A DNA stretch of 62,581 nt, the filler included, from Diploschistes diacapsis (lineage: Eukaryota), in NCBI GenBank assembly GCA_023645945.1. It is 5 parts of 5 records of this genome, joined end to end, with 100 filler letters (N's around TTAATTAATTAA, not from the genome) between each part and the next. Parts side by side here need not be neighbours in the genome. Positions count along the whole stretch, not along the records: positions 1 to 30,932 come from JALAIB010000123.1; 4 more parts are not named here. One strand, 5' to 3'. Positions within the stretch are counted from its first letter, which is position 1. Every line of letters begins with the position of its first letter. Shown in pieces: positions 1-11,770 of this stretch. The notes beneath the pieces were generated by a model. It ran no database searches. It saw only the letters and a list, made by a program, of their open reading frames with translations, and had not been told where the DNA came from. Made by a program: the position numbers and the translations under genes.

Positions 1-317
1 AGGGGGAGAGGCTTAGGGAGGTTGGGGATGCGGGTTTGAGGGATGTGGAGGAGAAGAGGAAGAGGAAGAGGCATCGCCATCGTCATCGCGACGAAGAGGA
101 AGAGTTGGAGGGCTTTAGCTTGGACGCTGCCGAGCCGGGTCGTCATGGGAGCAGGCATGGACATGGGCAAGGGCACGAGCATCGTGGAGATGGCGAGTCG
201 CGGCACAGACATCATCGTGGCCATAGTCGTCGCCAACGGGATCGAAGCCGCAGTCCTCGAAGGGACCAGGGCCGTCTCGACCATCCTGTTGAGGGAAGAG
301 CAATCCAGGCGTCCTGA
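1..317 (+). CDS. 3' end of a gene entering from the left edge; Arg/His/Glu-rich low-complexity C-terminus (RS-type, possibly splicing-related nuclear protein)
   Basis: Frame is open from the window edge (GERLREVGDAGLRDVEEKRKRKRHRHRHRDEEEE...RSRSPRR) to TGA at 315-317; purine-rich, coding-like composition. Family not identifiable. Confidence 0.55.
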   Translation, partial: GERLREVGDAGLRDVEEKRKRKRHRHRHRDEEEELEGFSLDAAEPGRHGSRHGHGQGHEHRGDGESRHRHHRGHSRRQRDRSRSPRRDQGRLDHPVEGRAIQAS

Positions 318-2070
318 AGCTAGTGGTATGACGCATCATATCGTGTTTTAGCACACGATCAAGGGGAGTCGACTGTCAGACCTATCAATGCTTGCTGTCA
401 CTTCTACACGTATACCTTCCTCTAGTATCGTAGCTACTAAGAGGTAGCATTACACGGCTCTTGGGTTTGTCATGGACACACAACAGTCTGCTGGGCATGC
501 TTTGTGTAGCACCTACAAACACAGTAGTATTGCTACCACTTAGCCGAGTCCGGCAGTAAGTACAACGCTGCAAGTCATTGGCGTTGGCGTTCCTGCCGCC
601 TGGGATGGTACGTAACTCCCCAGTTCCCCCACGAGCTGCAGCCCGGCGAGGCAGATAGGCCTCCTGGTAAGCAGCTGGTTGAAGTGCAGTGGTCCTTTGA
701 GACACATACACATACATTCGTTTAATTTATATACATGATTGCAACATCTTTTAGAAGCTTGGATCCTAGAGCTATTTGGTGTGTCTCGTCGCTCTTTGCA
801 TGCTAGGGGTAATTTACGTACCGCCTGCCTGCTAACCTTGATTGGGATAATGCTGAATTGGTAAGTCCACTCATTGGGTGTAGGATGTCAAGAAGACCTA
901 AGATTCCAGCCTTCAGGGCCGTCCAGTTTTTAGCGCGCTCCACAGTTTTTTGCCCTGTTTTCGACCAGAGAAAGTTGAGACGCTAACAGTTAGACCGCAC
1001 TGCTGGTGATGATGAGGACCACCCAGGACTTGGGAAGTTTGCCCTATGCCAAGGCTCGTATCTTAGGACGCAGTGATACATTGCTGCTCGATGATTTGAG
1101 AAATTGAGAGCCAGTTTCGTTTTACGGGAATACCTCGGAAGAGCTTTGTGCATGTTTAGGGCGAGGTGCAGAGAGGCCCCGGCCACCCAGGCAGCCCACT
1201 TGCGTAGGACCAATTATGGCTTCGTGTATTGCATCCCGTTTATGGATATTCTCGCTGGAGCGGGAGCATCCGTCCGGGTTCATCATCATCATCATCTTCA
1301 TCTTCTTCTTCTTCTCAAGCCTTTGACGATGGATGTTGTATGTTGTTGTTGTACGTTGTGCGTTTTACCTTTGTGAGATATTGAGATATTGGATTTAGTA
1401 TAGCGCTTTACAAATATTTATTTATTTATGCCAGCTGTGAAGGAAAAAGGCAATGGCGAAAGCGGGACGGGAAACACGGGAAACACCTATCCCGACAATG
1501 CGGTTGACTTGTTGGTGAGTGCATGTGGTTCCGTGATACAGTGATACTTCCGTACCAGGCCCCTATGCATCGGGGGTAAAACCTCTCACAACTATTTTGA
1601 TGACAACAGTAAGCGAAAAAGATCTTCCAATCTTCCAATCTTCCAATCTTCCCATGATGTGATGTGAGGATCTCCAGTCAGTCTAGTAGTAGTAAGTCAG
1701 AGATTATAGATTATTCCGTTGGATCTCCCAACTTGTGGGAGATCTGTGATTTAGGGTTCACAACTGAAAGTGTTGTTGTTGCTGGTGTCAGGCTGTTAGC
1801 CCACTTGCCCCGCCAGCTGACCTGCTATCAAGCGCCACTGCCACTGCCGGCCCCTGTCGGCCAACCTTCAATTGTCTGTCCTTTTCCATCAACTCAACAA
1901 TACGGACAAGCAGAGCAAAGCATGGAAACCCGCAGTGTGCCTAGGTAATAAAGATATCAAAGCAACATGCAGCAGGAGCTGCAAAGCGTCTTCTCACCGC
2001 TCCCTGCATGGTTATATGTATTGTGTTAGATGCGAGGACCCTTACCTTTGTGTGTGAGTGAGGGAAAGAG

Positions 2071-2131
2071 CCACCACTACCACTACCACTACCACTACCA
2101 CTACTTACTTACCACTACTACTTACTACTAC
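2071..2131. repeat. (CCACTA)n/(CTA)n simple repeat
   Basis: ccaccactaccactaccactaccactaccacta...ctactacta read directly. Confidence 0.85.
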
Positions 2132-2761
2132 TGGCTCAACCTAGGCCCCAAGTATTAGCACTACTGCCTCTAGTGTCCTTTGACAATTAGTACTAGATAC
2201 TTATGTGCTAGCAATTGGACATAGCGTTGGCTTCCCCGTGGGACCCTTCGGGTGCTACTGTATTACTTTTTATTATTACCACGCCGTCTTTCACTCTTCA
2301 ACCTTCAACTCAGTAGGGCTTCATTACCATCCTACTAAATCAATATCGTCGTGACTGCTCCTCTTGAACTACCGGCGTGATCCAGGAGGAGTGCATTGTG
2401 CATTTTGCATTTTGTACCATGAGTTGATGACCTATACCCCATTACTTACTCCGCTTGTTCCGTTTACCTACTTCGCCGACATCGTGCATAAGCGACTCGA
2501 TAGGAGCGGGTGCATCGATCCTTCTTCGATCACAATCCAGAGACATTGCCTTTGTGCGACGCGTCTTCTTCGTCAAAGTCCGTACTTTTCGATAGAACCT
2601 TTCACAGACGTGTGAAGCACCCACTTGGAGGCTACCTGTACGGTACGGTACGGTGACTTTCGTCTCGCCTGGTTCGTCCAGACTATTCTTGCACCGGGTA
2701 AAGGACTTTCATCGAACAGCGGCCCATCTCAATTGCCTTCACTGTTCAGGCTATATGGTTA

Positions 2762-5700
2762 ATGGCAATAGCCATTCAGACACCAAAGTCATTGAATCAT
2801 ACAGCTATCTGCAGCGGAAATGCGGTCGACAACCCATACGTCATCATGAGTGGCGGTAACGGTGTCGAGGACTCGGATGAGAGTGTCGGTCAAACACCGG
2901 TGAGCAAGGGGTCTGGGAGGACCCCGGAGGATGCGGGTACAGAGAGAAGGAAGCCGGAGAAGATCCCGGGTCTGCGAGCGCGACAAACTTCTCTAAGGAG
3001 AGTGAAGAATAGCACAGACATCTTACGCGAGCGATCAGTACGACGTCAACAAGTGAAAATTGAGAGCGTGCCAGATGGTAATTCCGCTAGTCGAGATGTC
3101 AAAGCCACGAAGTTTACGGTTGCAAATGTTGGAAATAACGGCAAGATATATCTACGGTCAGTATCCCTTCGTACCTCTCTGGCTTGCTAGTTCTTACCCT
3201 TTAACCAGGCCATCTTTGGAGCCCCATCCACAACAGGTACCTCAAGTTACCACCGTCTCTCCAAGCCCGATCAAGGCTGCCGCATTCGTTTCACGGATTC
3301 CAGAACTTCCTCAGAACATTCTGCACACTCGCGACAGCGTTTGGACACTCCTTTCAACTCCCATCCATGCTCCAACCCAACCGAGCACACCGCCGTCTGA
3401 CTACTTCGAATTGAGAACCAGGCCGAAGCGATCTCTATCACAATCAACCATCGAAACCCAGCTTGCGAACGAGCGGCTTGATTCTGGTGCTTTCAAGATT
3501 GTCATTGATCGTCCTGATTCCGCGCCGAAGGACGATACATCGCAACCACACTTTCCTGTGATTGAGGTGTCCATCCCTCACTATAGAATAGGGACGCCGA
3601 GGTTTAGTGCACGCGGAACGGCATTCTTCCATAATTCGGTCTATACAAGATCTTCGGTCCACGTCGATGGGGGGTCGTCTGTCCTGACTCCTGCGGAATA
3701 CGAAAGAATTTTCCCTAAGCCTCCTGGAATCGAAGCTCACGCGGTAGTGTCTCGTCGTCATTCGCATGCTGCTCAGCCGTACGCTTATTCCATCATTTCT
3801 AATGGCGGCGGACGTTCGATGGCCCCTGCACTGGCTACCCACCTCTACGAGCCGAGAGAACCCATCACTCCAGCTGTTTTCGAGCGCCTGGCTTTGAGTC
3901 CAAACGACCCATCCATAGTCAAATTCTCTCCAATCAACCGTGACATAATCGCGGCATCGCCGGCGCGTATCATCGCCCAGATTACGTCGGAAAAATTCCT
4001 CGATTACGAACTGCTGTCAGACTTCTTCCTCACCGTTCGCTCCTGGCTTTCGACACACAGTCTCCTATCCTACCTGCTTGCCCGTTTCGAATGGGCTATC
4101 AACCGATTTGACGATAACGGCCGCATCATCCGAGTTCGTGCCTTTGCCGCCCTGCGACATTGGATATTGAACTACTTCTCCTATGACTTCGTGACCGACC
4201 GGGAGTTGCGGGTCCTCTTTTGCGAGCGGTTGAATGCGCTGACGAAGCTCATCAAATCCCGCGATCATAGCGCTAGCGACCTGAAGCTCATCGCTGACCT
4301 GAAGAAGTGCTGGAACGGGAGATGCCTAGTATACTGGGATGGCCCCGCCTCTGCTGCTGATGGCCAGCAGGATGTCGACATACAACCTGGTGGTATCTTG
4401 GGCAGCAGGGACAGCGAACTGGTGCATCACAGTCAGCTACGCTCAACAACATCTTTGCCGGCTGCTCTCTCGGTGAACCCCGCTCAGGTTACGGCCTGCG
4501 CGACCTCGATATCGACGTGGTACTCGGTAGTAATGGATACTAGAGAGCTGCAGGCCCAGGCCCACAATCGACAATCCGCTGCTGGAACCTTGCAAAGTCT
4601 CCCACGATCGCCGTCGAGCGAGCAAAGCAACCCGGTACTCTCGTGCTCAATACCGGCGAAACAGTTGAAAAGAGTGCTTCCATACGCTAACAAAGCACCG
4701 GGCACCCAGCCTGTGCCGCACAATACCGACGGACGCCGAGTTTGTCCGGCTGCTCCATCGTCGACTGCATACGAGCCTGCACGACCGGTTGCTGTGCATC
4801 GGCGAAGTGGAAGCTTCTCAGATGCCGCAAGAGACAAAAGGGCCCCACTCTCGTCCGAGGTGCCCACTTCTTCTGAAGCTATCGCTCAGGAGTTATACCA
4901 AGGCAACAGCATGCTTCGCGGTCAGGTCGTCCCTCCTGGACCTCCATTCGTTACTGTCGCACCGACAACACCTATTTCAGAGCTTCCGCGACTTTTACCG
5001 ATGGCAGAGTCGTCCGTTAACGGAGGGGAAGGACCCTGCAACCGTAAGCTCGTTGTCCATAACAGCGCTCCTACTAAGGGCATCATCGGCAATATAAGGC
5101 GCGCATTGAGTGGCAAGCACGCTGGCGTCAGCCCAGCAACACAAGACGTTGCTCCTGTACCGTTCTCTCCCCTGACTGCTGGCAAAAGTGCAACATTGCC
5201 ACTCAATATCATGTACCAAGCATCCAGTAATGGCCACATGGAAGCCTTCAGGAGCCAATCTCGCGTGGACCTGCTCGCTGCGAGCACATATGATGCATTT
5301 CAGAAAGCAACCGCGCCGCCCCTGGAAGAACCTGATAACGCCGACATTGTCCTTGGCGATGAGGCTCCACAGCCTTCGCAATCCTCTGAATGGCAGAGCT
5401 CAGCTATCGCGGAGTCCAGCCGACATCTGTTACCGGAGCCACTGCGTCCAGATCTTAGCAGACTTACGAGCGGTGTAACGGACTCCAGCCAGTCCATCCT
5501 GATCATGGATGATACAGGTCTGAATATTCCTAACCTGACTGGTTTCCGTATCCCTCGTGCTCCGGAAACTGCCTCCACTTCCCGAGAGAACCTGCGCGCG
5601 ACCCCGGTTGCATTCCTACCAGGAAGCGCCAGCGCACAGCACACAGAAGGTGACGAGGGCCGCGGAGCCCGGGACATGTCTCATCAATCTAATAAATTCA

Positions 5701-7912
5701 TGGGTTCGAGAAGTCTAATTAACCCAATGGAGCATGATGCACGGCCCGTTTCATCGGCTGGTATAATGCCCCGTAGCAGACCGTCCGCCGTCACGAGAAA
5801 CATGTCCACAGGCTCAGCGTCGCTGTCACTGAGGCGCTGTGCCTCGTTCCAGAGCACATTTGGAAAGCATGTGGCTGGCAACAGCATCAATACTGACGCG
5901 CCAAGTGATTCCTCGAAAAGGATGACAAAGGAAACGCCGGAGAGGATGTTGCGGAGACGCCCGGGTGGTGACCTGCGAGCAAACCAAAACGTGCACGACA
6001 TGGAAGGTCCACGGCGGCCGAAGTCTGCCGGCTCCATTGCAACCTACTCCGAATCAATGCGCGGGTCCCAGATGCTCGGGTTTGGTGAAAAGATCACGAG
6101 GACGTTTATTGCACGGAAATCTCCCGATGAAGTCCTGTATGACCTGGCTGGTCCGCAGGTTGGCGGGAGACGGGAAGATATGCCGTCCTACGTGCGCACC
6201 CATTCATCGCAACATGCCCTGAAAAGACCCTCTTTTCAGGCATGCGTTGCTGAATTTGCGCGCATTCCAGACGACGATGAAGGTGGCGTCGCAGCAACTT
6301 TGCTCAAACTGGAAGGGAAGTACATAAGCCCTGTTCATTCGCCCGCGCCACCAGCTTCCAGCCAATCTAGCAAAGAGCGCTCGCCGGCTGCACCGCAACC
6401 TGAAGAACAAGTTCGCGTAACCGAGCTTGCTACAGACAGCAGCTCTTCGGCATCTGCGGCTCACCTGGAGGACGAGGAAATATTACTGCGTGGGCAGGTC
6501 CTGCAGGAAGATGAACCAGCCGTCAACTCACAGGCTGTGCCTAGAGAGACGGTGATATCGACCGTCTATTCCGAGTCAGAAGATTCCTATAATCCAATTC
6601 CAATTCTAGCACGTGTCGGAGGCGAAGACACAAGTCCTTCCCTTGACAAAGGCAAAGATAAATGCTCGAACAAGGACGGTGAGATGAGGATCGATATACC
6701 CAATGGTGAGAGGAGGTTGAAAAGAGGCTCCATTGCACCCTCCGCGACGACAGACTCTTTTCTCCTCGATGAGAACGACGAGTTCCTCAGCGACGTCGAG
6801 ACCGAAGCATCGGCCGAGACGATTGACGGCAACAGCAAGACCAATCGATGGCTGAACGGAACCAACCGGCCGATGAGCGAGCCAAAGGAGAACGCGGTCT
6901 TGCTTGGCCAGCAACACCCGCCTTCACCGCCTATGACCATGGAAAACGCTCTTTCAATACACTCGCAGGCCAGACAAGCGCACGACCAAAGGAAACCTCC
7001 AACGCCGGATCCTTCGCCCGTCAGTCAGCATGTCGAGCCTAACATTCTAGCCTCCAAGCCTACTGATGCGTTGGAGCTGAAGCACATGCCTTTCATCCTG
7101 GGTTGCGACTCGGAGCTGCTGGCGCAACAGTTTACTATCCTTGAGAAGGAAGCCTTGAAGGAAATCGATTGGAGAGATCTGGTCGACCTGAGATGGCACA
7201 ACACAACAGCTGCGCCGACCAACTGGGTCGATTATCTCATGGCCCACGACCCCCTTGGCATCGATTTGGTGACGGCAAGGTTTAACATCATGGTCAAATG
7301 GGCGCTTTCCGAAATCGTACTGACGGACAACCTCGAGGAGCGCGCCTTGTGCATCATGAAGTACATCCACATTGCGCAGCAAGCACGCAAGATCCACAAT
7401 TATGCCACGCTATTCCAAATTACCATTGCCCTAACGTCGACGGACTGCACTAGGTTGAGCAAAACATGGGACGCTGTGCCAACGGCCGAGAAAGAGATCT
7501 TGCAAGACTTGGAGATGTTGGTTTCGCCCCGGCGCAATTTCCACAATCTTCGATCAGAAATGGAAAAGGCCAACGCAGACGAGGGCTGCATTCCAGTCGT
7601 CGGTGAGTCAGGAAGGCCAATGCAATCCTACAAGCACTAATTAGTTATCTAGCCTTGTATATACACGATCTCACTTACAATTCTTCCAAGCCCTCTCAGC
7701 TGCCCGCTGTTGATGGCGGTGATCCTTTGATCAACTTTGAGCGCCACCGCCGGACGGCGACGATTGTCAAGAATCTCCTGAGACTGATCGACGCGGCGTC
7801 CAAATACCAATACAAGCCAGTCGAGGGCGTTATAGACCGTTGCCTCTGGATGGCGTGTCTGCCCGACCAGATTATCATGCAAAAGAGCAAATCCCTCACA
7901 CTGAACGTATGA
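2762..7912 (+). CDS. LTE1: Lte1-like Ras guanine nucleotide exchange factor (RasGEF_N/REM + C-terminal CDC25 domain); 3 exons: 2762-3156, 3209-7602, 7653-7912
   Basis: REM-like block (FLDYELLSDFFLTVR...ALRHWILNYF) and CDC25 block (LAQQFTILE...HNYATLFQI...GCIPVVALYIHDL...INFERHR). Introns GTCAGT..CAG (3157-3208) and GTGAGT..TAG (7603-7652) join ORFs 2762, 3060 and 7655 in frame. The start could be the downstream ATG (MSGGNG). Confidence 0.88.
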
Positions 7913-9019
7913 TGAACCCGCACACATCACCATACGAAAACTTCTCGAGACCTTTCCACTTTTTGACTATATTGCACCTATTGTTACGACTTCTGACATT
8001 TTCTCGAGCTACGATTTAGCGCGCCTCGCACCTGTCTTTTTACTAACTTACGTTGCATAGCAAGCAAGCATTTGAGCCTCGGCTAGGACTCCTTTGAGAG
8101 CCCGTTGGCTACTTCCGTTACCTTTTTTACGATTTATCTATGATGGGATTTCAAAACGACGGACTAGGACTTTGGGTAATTGGCTTGGCTTCGGACATTT
8201 GAATGTTCGGCGGCCACACATGAAGCATCTTTCGATACCTTTTTGTTTCTGTCCGTTTTGAGGGCACGGGTCTTATCCATCTAACTATAAGCAATGGCTG
8301 GGAAGTTCGCTTCGGTAGATTATCATCTAGCATTACTGACCGCCACGAAACGAGACGAGATGGTCCATACCCCTGAAGGCACGGCTTTTTCGATCAATCG
8401 GCATGTTATTGCTATTCATGTATGTATCTATGTACTTGATGCTATTTCCGCAATGTTCCACATTCATTGAAGTGCTTTCACTCGTGAGTGAGTTCATAAG
8501 CATTTTGCCCAGTACCAAACCGATTGAATGTCGTCCTCATTAAATCTCAAACATGATGGAGAGGACCTTCGTGTGCATGCACTTGTAGACTAAGGGTCCC
8601 AACTCATCATCTTATAATAACTTTTACCTCTCTACCCCATGCGCTGCCATTTTTGTATTACATTTGTTTCGATCGTATACATGAATATACGTCTCAAGGG
8701 TTATTCTTATGGATATAAGCCGCGACCAGTGATCCCAGCCATAGTCCTTATATAAGTCTGTCATATTACTATTAAAGGCCAGCGCGTTTCTGATCAGCAT
8801 ACCCACGAACAGCCACTGGCGAAGGCACCCTGGTTCAGGATGGTAAGTAACCGTCGTCGATTATCCCATCCGAATCGACAAGAGGCTCCCAGACTGACTC
8901 CGCTTCCCCCAGGATTCCCTCCACGAAAAGAAAACGAAGCGTCTCGCCACCCGAGACCCCGAGGCGATGCCGGACCAAGGCCGAAGAAAGCCCCTTTCGA
9001 GCTGCACACACTTCTGCCG

Positions 9020-10010
9020 TCATTCGAGGTGTTCGAGAATCAACAAAGTCCTACCGGCGAGGCAGTCGAGCTACACGATCAAAAGCAAACCTCGCCATCC
9101 GCTTCAGCAACACGGACATAACGGGCTCGATTTTCACTTCGCGACCGACTTCTTCGTCACCTCAGGAACGTAATACGATTGGACAACGGAGGCTTTTTTC
9201 GCGGTGGATGCAAAGAAGTCACGCGGTGATTGCACGAGGGACCTGCAGCAGAAGGATCAACAAGTTCAAAACTCACCCATGGAGATCCCCGCCGAGGGGC
9301 GGGGCGCTGCTGCTTGTGGCGTATCATAGTGGCTACATGGCCAGGAAGAAGAGTTTGGGGCGCTCCAAGACCCCGCCTCGGAGCTTGCTATATAGTAAGT
9401 TTTTCCTTCTGCAATCCACTTTTGATGAAAAGCTCTGCCTGATCTTACATGCCATGGCGGAAAGCAGAACGAACTGAGAAACATGTTGGACTGAGCGCGG
9501 CGCAACTTACCTCCTGTGTAACAGCTAGATGTCGAGGGATACCAGGAGGGTTCCGGCCGATTCTAAAGCGAGCGGAGAGAGAGGGGGGTGGAGGGGAAGC
9601 GCGCTGTTCCCTCGTATCGGTATCGGTATCGATGGGACAGACAGAGGGACAGACGCGGCAGGCGTAATGAACACGAGAGATACAAATGACGCCGAAGCTC
9701 CCCCCCAAACCCACTACCACCGGCACCATTACTGCAGCACCCCAGGCACAAGAGGAGCGCACGTCGTGCTATCCGTGAATCTTGGTGACGCTACCCACCC
9801 TTCCCGACGCTGGGGAGTGGGAGGCGTGGTTGGCGGCGAACATGCTGTCGGATATAGTAGGTAGGATCGGGATCAAGAGGGATCTGGGAGGACGAGGCCT
9901 CGTGTGGGCTGCTGGTTGTGCTGCCGTTTGAGGTGTGGTGCTATATCGAGGGATGGGCTGGCGTATAGTTTCGTTGGGGCGTATCACGCGGTTGGTTGGC
10001 ATGGGGAAGG
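9020..10010 (+). pseudogene. Decayed gene resembling fungal caspase-like (clan CD/C14-like) hypothetical proteins; multiple frameshifts and stops
   Basis: Fragments from three frames line up in order: INKVLPARQSSYT / KANLAIRFSNTDI / YDWTTEAFFAVD / RINKFK / ALLLVAYHSGY (cf. LLIVYYxGHG), then AHVVLSVNL / LPDAGEWEAWLAANML / GIWEDEASCGLLVVLPFEVWCYI / LAYSFVG. Family assignment is from recalled motif patterns only. Confidence 0.45.
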
Positions 10011-10471
10011 TAGGGGACGAGGAAGGGAAGGGAAGGGAGACGGAGACGGAAATGGAGGCGGAGAGAAGAAGGCCGGTTGGGTCTGAGTGGTAGTGAGGGG
10101 TTGGATAGAAAGGAGACGGGAGAGCTTTTCGGTGTACAGGGTAGAGGGTGCAGGTAGGAGAAGCGGGGGTCGGATTGAGGAGAGGGATTTGGAGGGGTTG
10201 AATACTTGGTCAATGGAGCGCGGATGCAACTCAGGTATATACGGGTCAGTAAGTGGGGTAGGCGGGCAGGGGAACGCTTTGGGTGATATATCAGTCCGTA
10301 GCCGGCTGTCTTCTCTCATAGACGTTGCACTGCACGACGAAGCAGCGACTTTGCGCTAAAATTTCCGGTAATATATTGGGCCCGCCATTTACAGCCCCTG
10401 TGGCGCTCTCAATAACAGCTTCCTGATATATAAAAACTGCCTGTTTAGGCCCAATGTGAATATATGCTACG

Positions 10472-10849
10472 TACGCCCCGATGCAACCCCTTTTTTTTTT
10501 CTCGCGCAGCTCACAAAAAATAGGGGCTTGATTTTTTTGCACCCACTCACTCAATGGGCTCCCAAAACTTATCAAAACGGATGCGCAAGAATAGATGGTT
10601 TCAATCTTCATTCAAACATAATACTTATCTGGGATTTTGAACTTTACGAGCACAAATCTTCGTTGAGTTATGCTCATACAAAATTAGCTGGAAAAAAGAT
10701 TAATGTTCAGTCGCGCCACTTTTGGGTGAGCTGCACGCGTCTGTTTCACGTAATTGTAATTGAAAGTTTTTAGACCTTTCTAGAGAAAAAAGACCTTGAA
10801 CAAAAAATTGATAACTGATCACAAAGTTTTTGGGTTGCATAAAGGTGGA
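10472..10849. mobile_element. Degenerate MITE/fold-back-like element (~380 bp)
   Basis: Inverted ends ATGCAACCC (10481-10489) / GGGTTGCAT (10832-10840) within imperfect 18-bp arms; internal inverted pair GCAGCTCAC (~10506) / GTGAGCTGC (~10726); AT-rich with poly-A/T tracts, no coding capacity. Confidence 0.45.
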
Positions 10850-10990
10850 TAATCTATGCTCCTTCCCTGTGTGTGTCGAATTGACTGGTAATCTCCTCTG
10901 CACGCACGCGGTCCACACAAGTTTCAACTGACGTCTTAAGAGCTCTCTATCTCCCTCCATTCCTCGTCCAGAAGCAACCCGCAGGCAGCC

Positions 10991-11770
10991 ATGCGCTCCC
11001 TCGAGCAGCTCAAGAACTCAAGCGACATTCTCTCCGGCGCGGAATCGCAGCGGCTCCGCACCTTCTGCACCTCCGAGTACCTCGACGTCACCACCGGGCT
11101 CTCCGACCCGGCCGGCCAACTGCTCCTGCACAACCGGCTCGACAGCCTCCAAGAACTCCTGCGCTCGCAGGCCGGCGCAAAGGACGAGCTGTTCCGCCAG
11201 CGCTGGGGCCCCACCCGCATCCCCGTCTTCAACGTCATCCTCACCCTGGTGTATCTGCAGCCGCGCTCGCGCGCCGAGCGCCTGGCGACCGTGCGCTGGC
11301 TCGTGCACGAGGCGCGGCTCGGCACCGACGGCATCGACCTCTCCGGCACGTCGGCGCTGATGCACGCCATCTCGATGAAGCCCTACCTCGACACGGACTT
11401 TGCGCAGCTGATGCTGGACGGCGGCGCCGACGTCAATCGGCGGAACAGGTACGGCTGCACCACGGCGAGCGAGATCGCCATGGTCTGGCCGGGCCAGGAC
11501 GAGGAGCCGGCGGCGAGGGCGATGCGCTGGTTCGTCGAGCACGGGGGGGACGTGGACATCCGGGACGGGGACGGGATCAGCGCGAAGAGAACGGTCATGA
11601 AGCAGGCGGGGAGGTTGCTGGAGCTGGCGGCAGCGGCGGGACTGGGGGAAAGTCCGTCGAATGCGAAGCCCGCGCCGTCGACGACGTGGGAGGGTAGGAA
11701 GGTGGCCAGGAACGAGCAGTGTCCGTGCGAGAGCGGGAAGAAGTTCAAGGCGTGTCATGGCAAGGCTTGA
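10991..11770 (+). CDS. Ankyrin-repeat protein with a C-terminal SEC-C zinc-binding motif (259 aa, intronless)
   Basis: ATG in good context (gcagccATG); strong G/C third-position bias; ankyrin-like repeats (GTSALMHAI...LMLDGGADVNRRNRYGCT; WFVEHGGDVDIRDGDG); C-terminus RNEQCPCESGKKFKACHG matches the SEC-C consensus RNxxCPCxSGKKxKxCHG. Confidence 0.88.
   Translation: MRSLEQLKNSSDILSGAESQRLRTFCTSEYLDVTTGLSDPAGQLLLHNRLDSLQELLRSQAGAKDELFRQRWGPTRIPVFNVILTLVYLQPRSRAERLATVRWLVHEARLGTDGIDLSGTSALMHAISMKPYLDTDFAQLMLDGGADVNRRNRYGCTTASEIAMVWPGQDEEPAARAMRWFVEHGGDVDIRDGDGISAKRTVMKQAGRLLELAAAAGLGESPSNAKPAPSTTWEGRKVARNEQCPCESGKKFKACHGKA

Noticed and set aside
1005..1110. TGATGA-containing stretch as a box C/D snoRNA
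   Set aside because: No matching terminal CTGA box D or terminal stem.
11018..11758. 246-aa antisense ORF opposite the Ank/SEC-C gene
   Set aside because: Shadow ORF caused by high GC3; no recognisable motifs.
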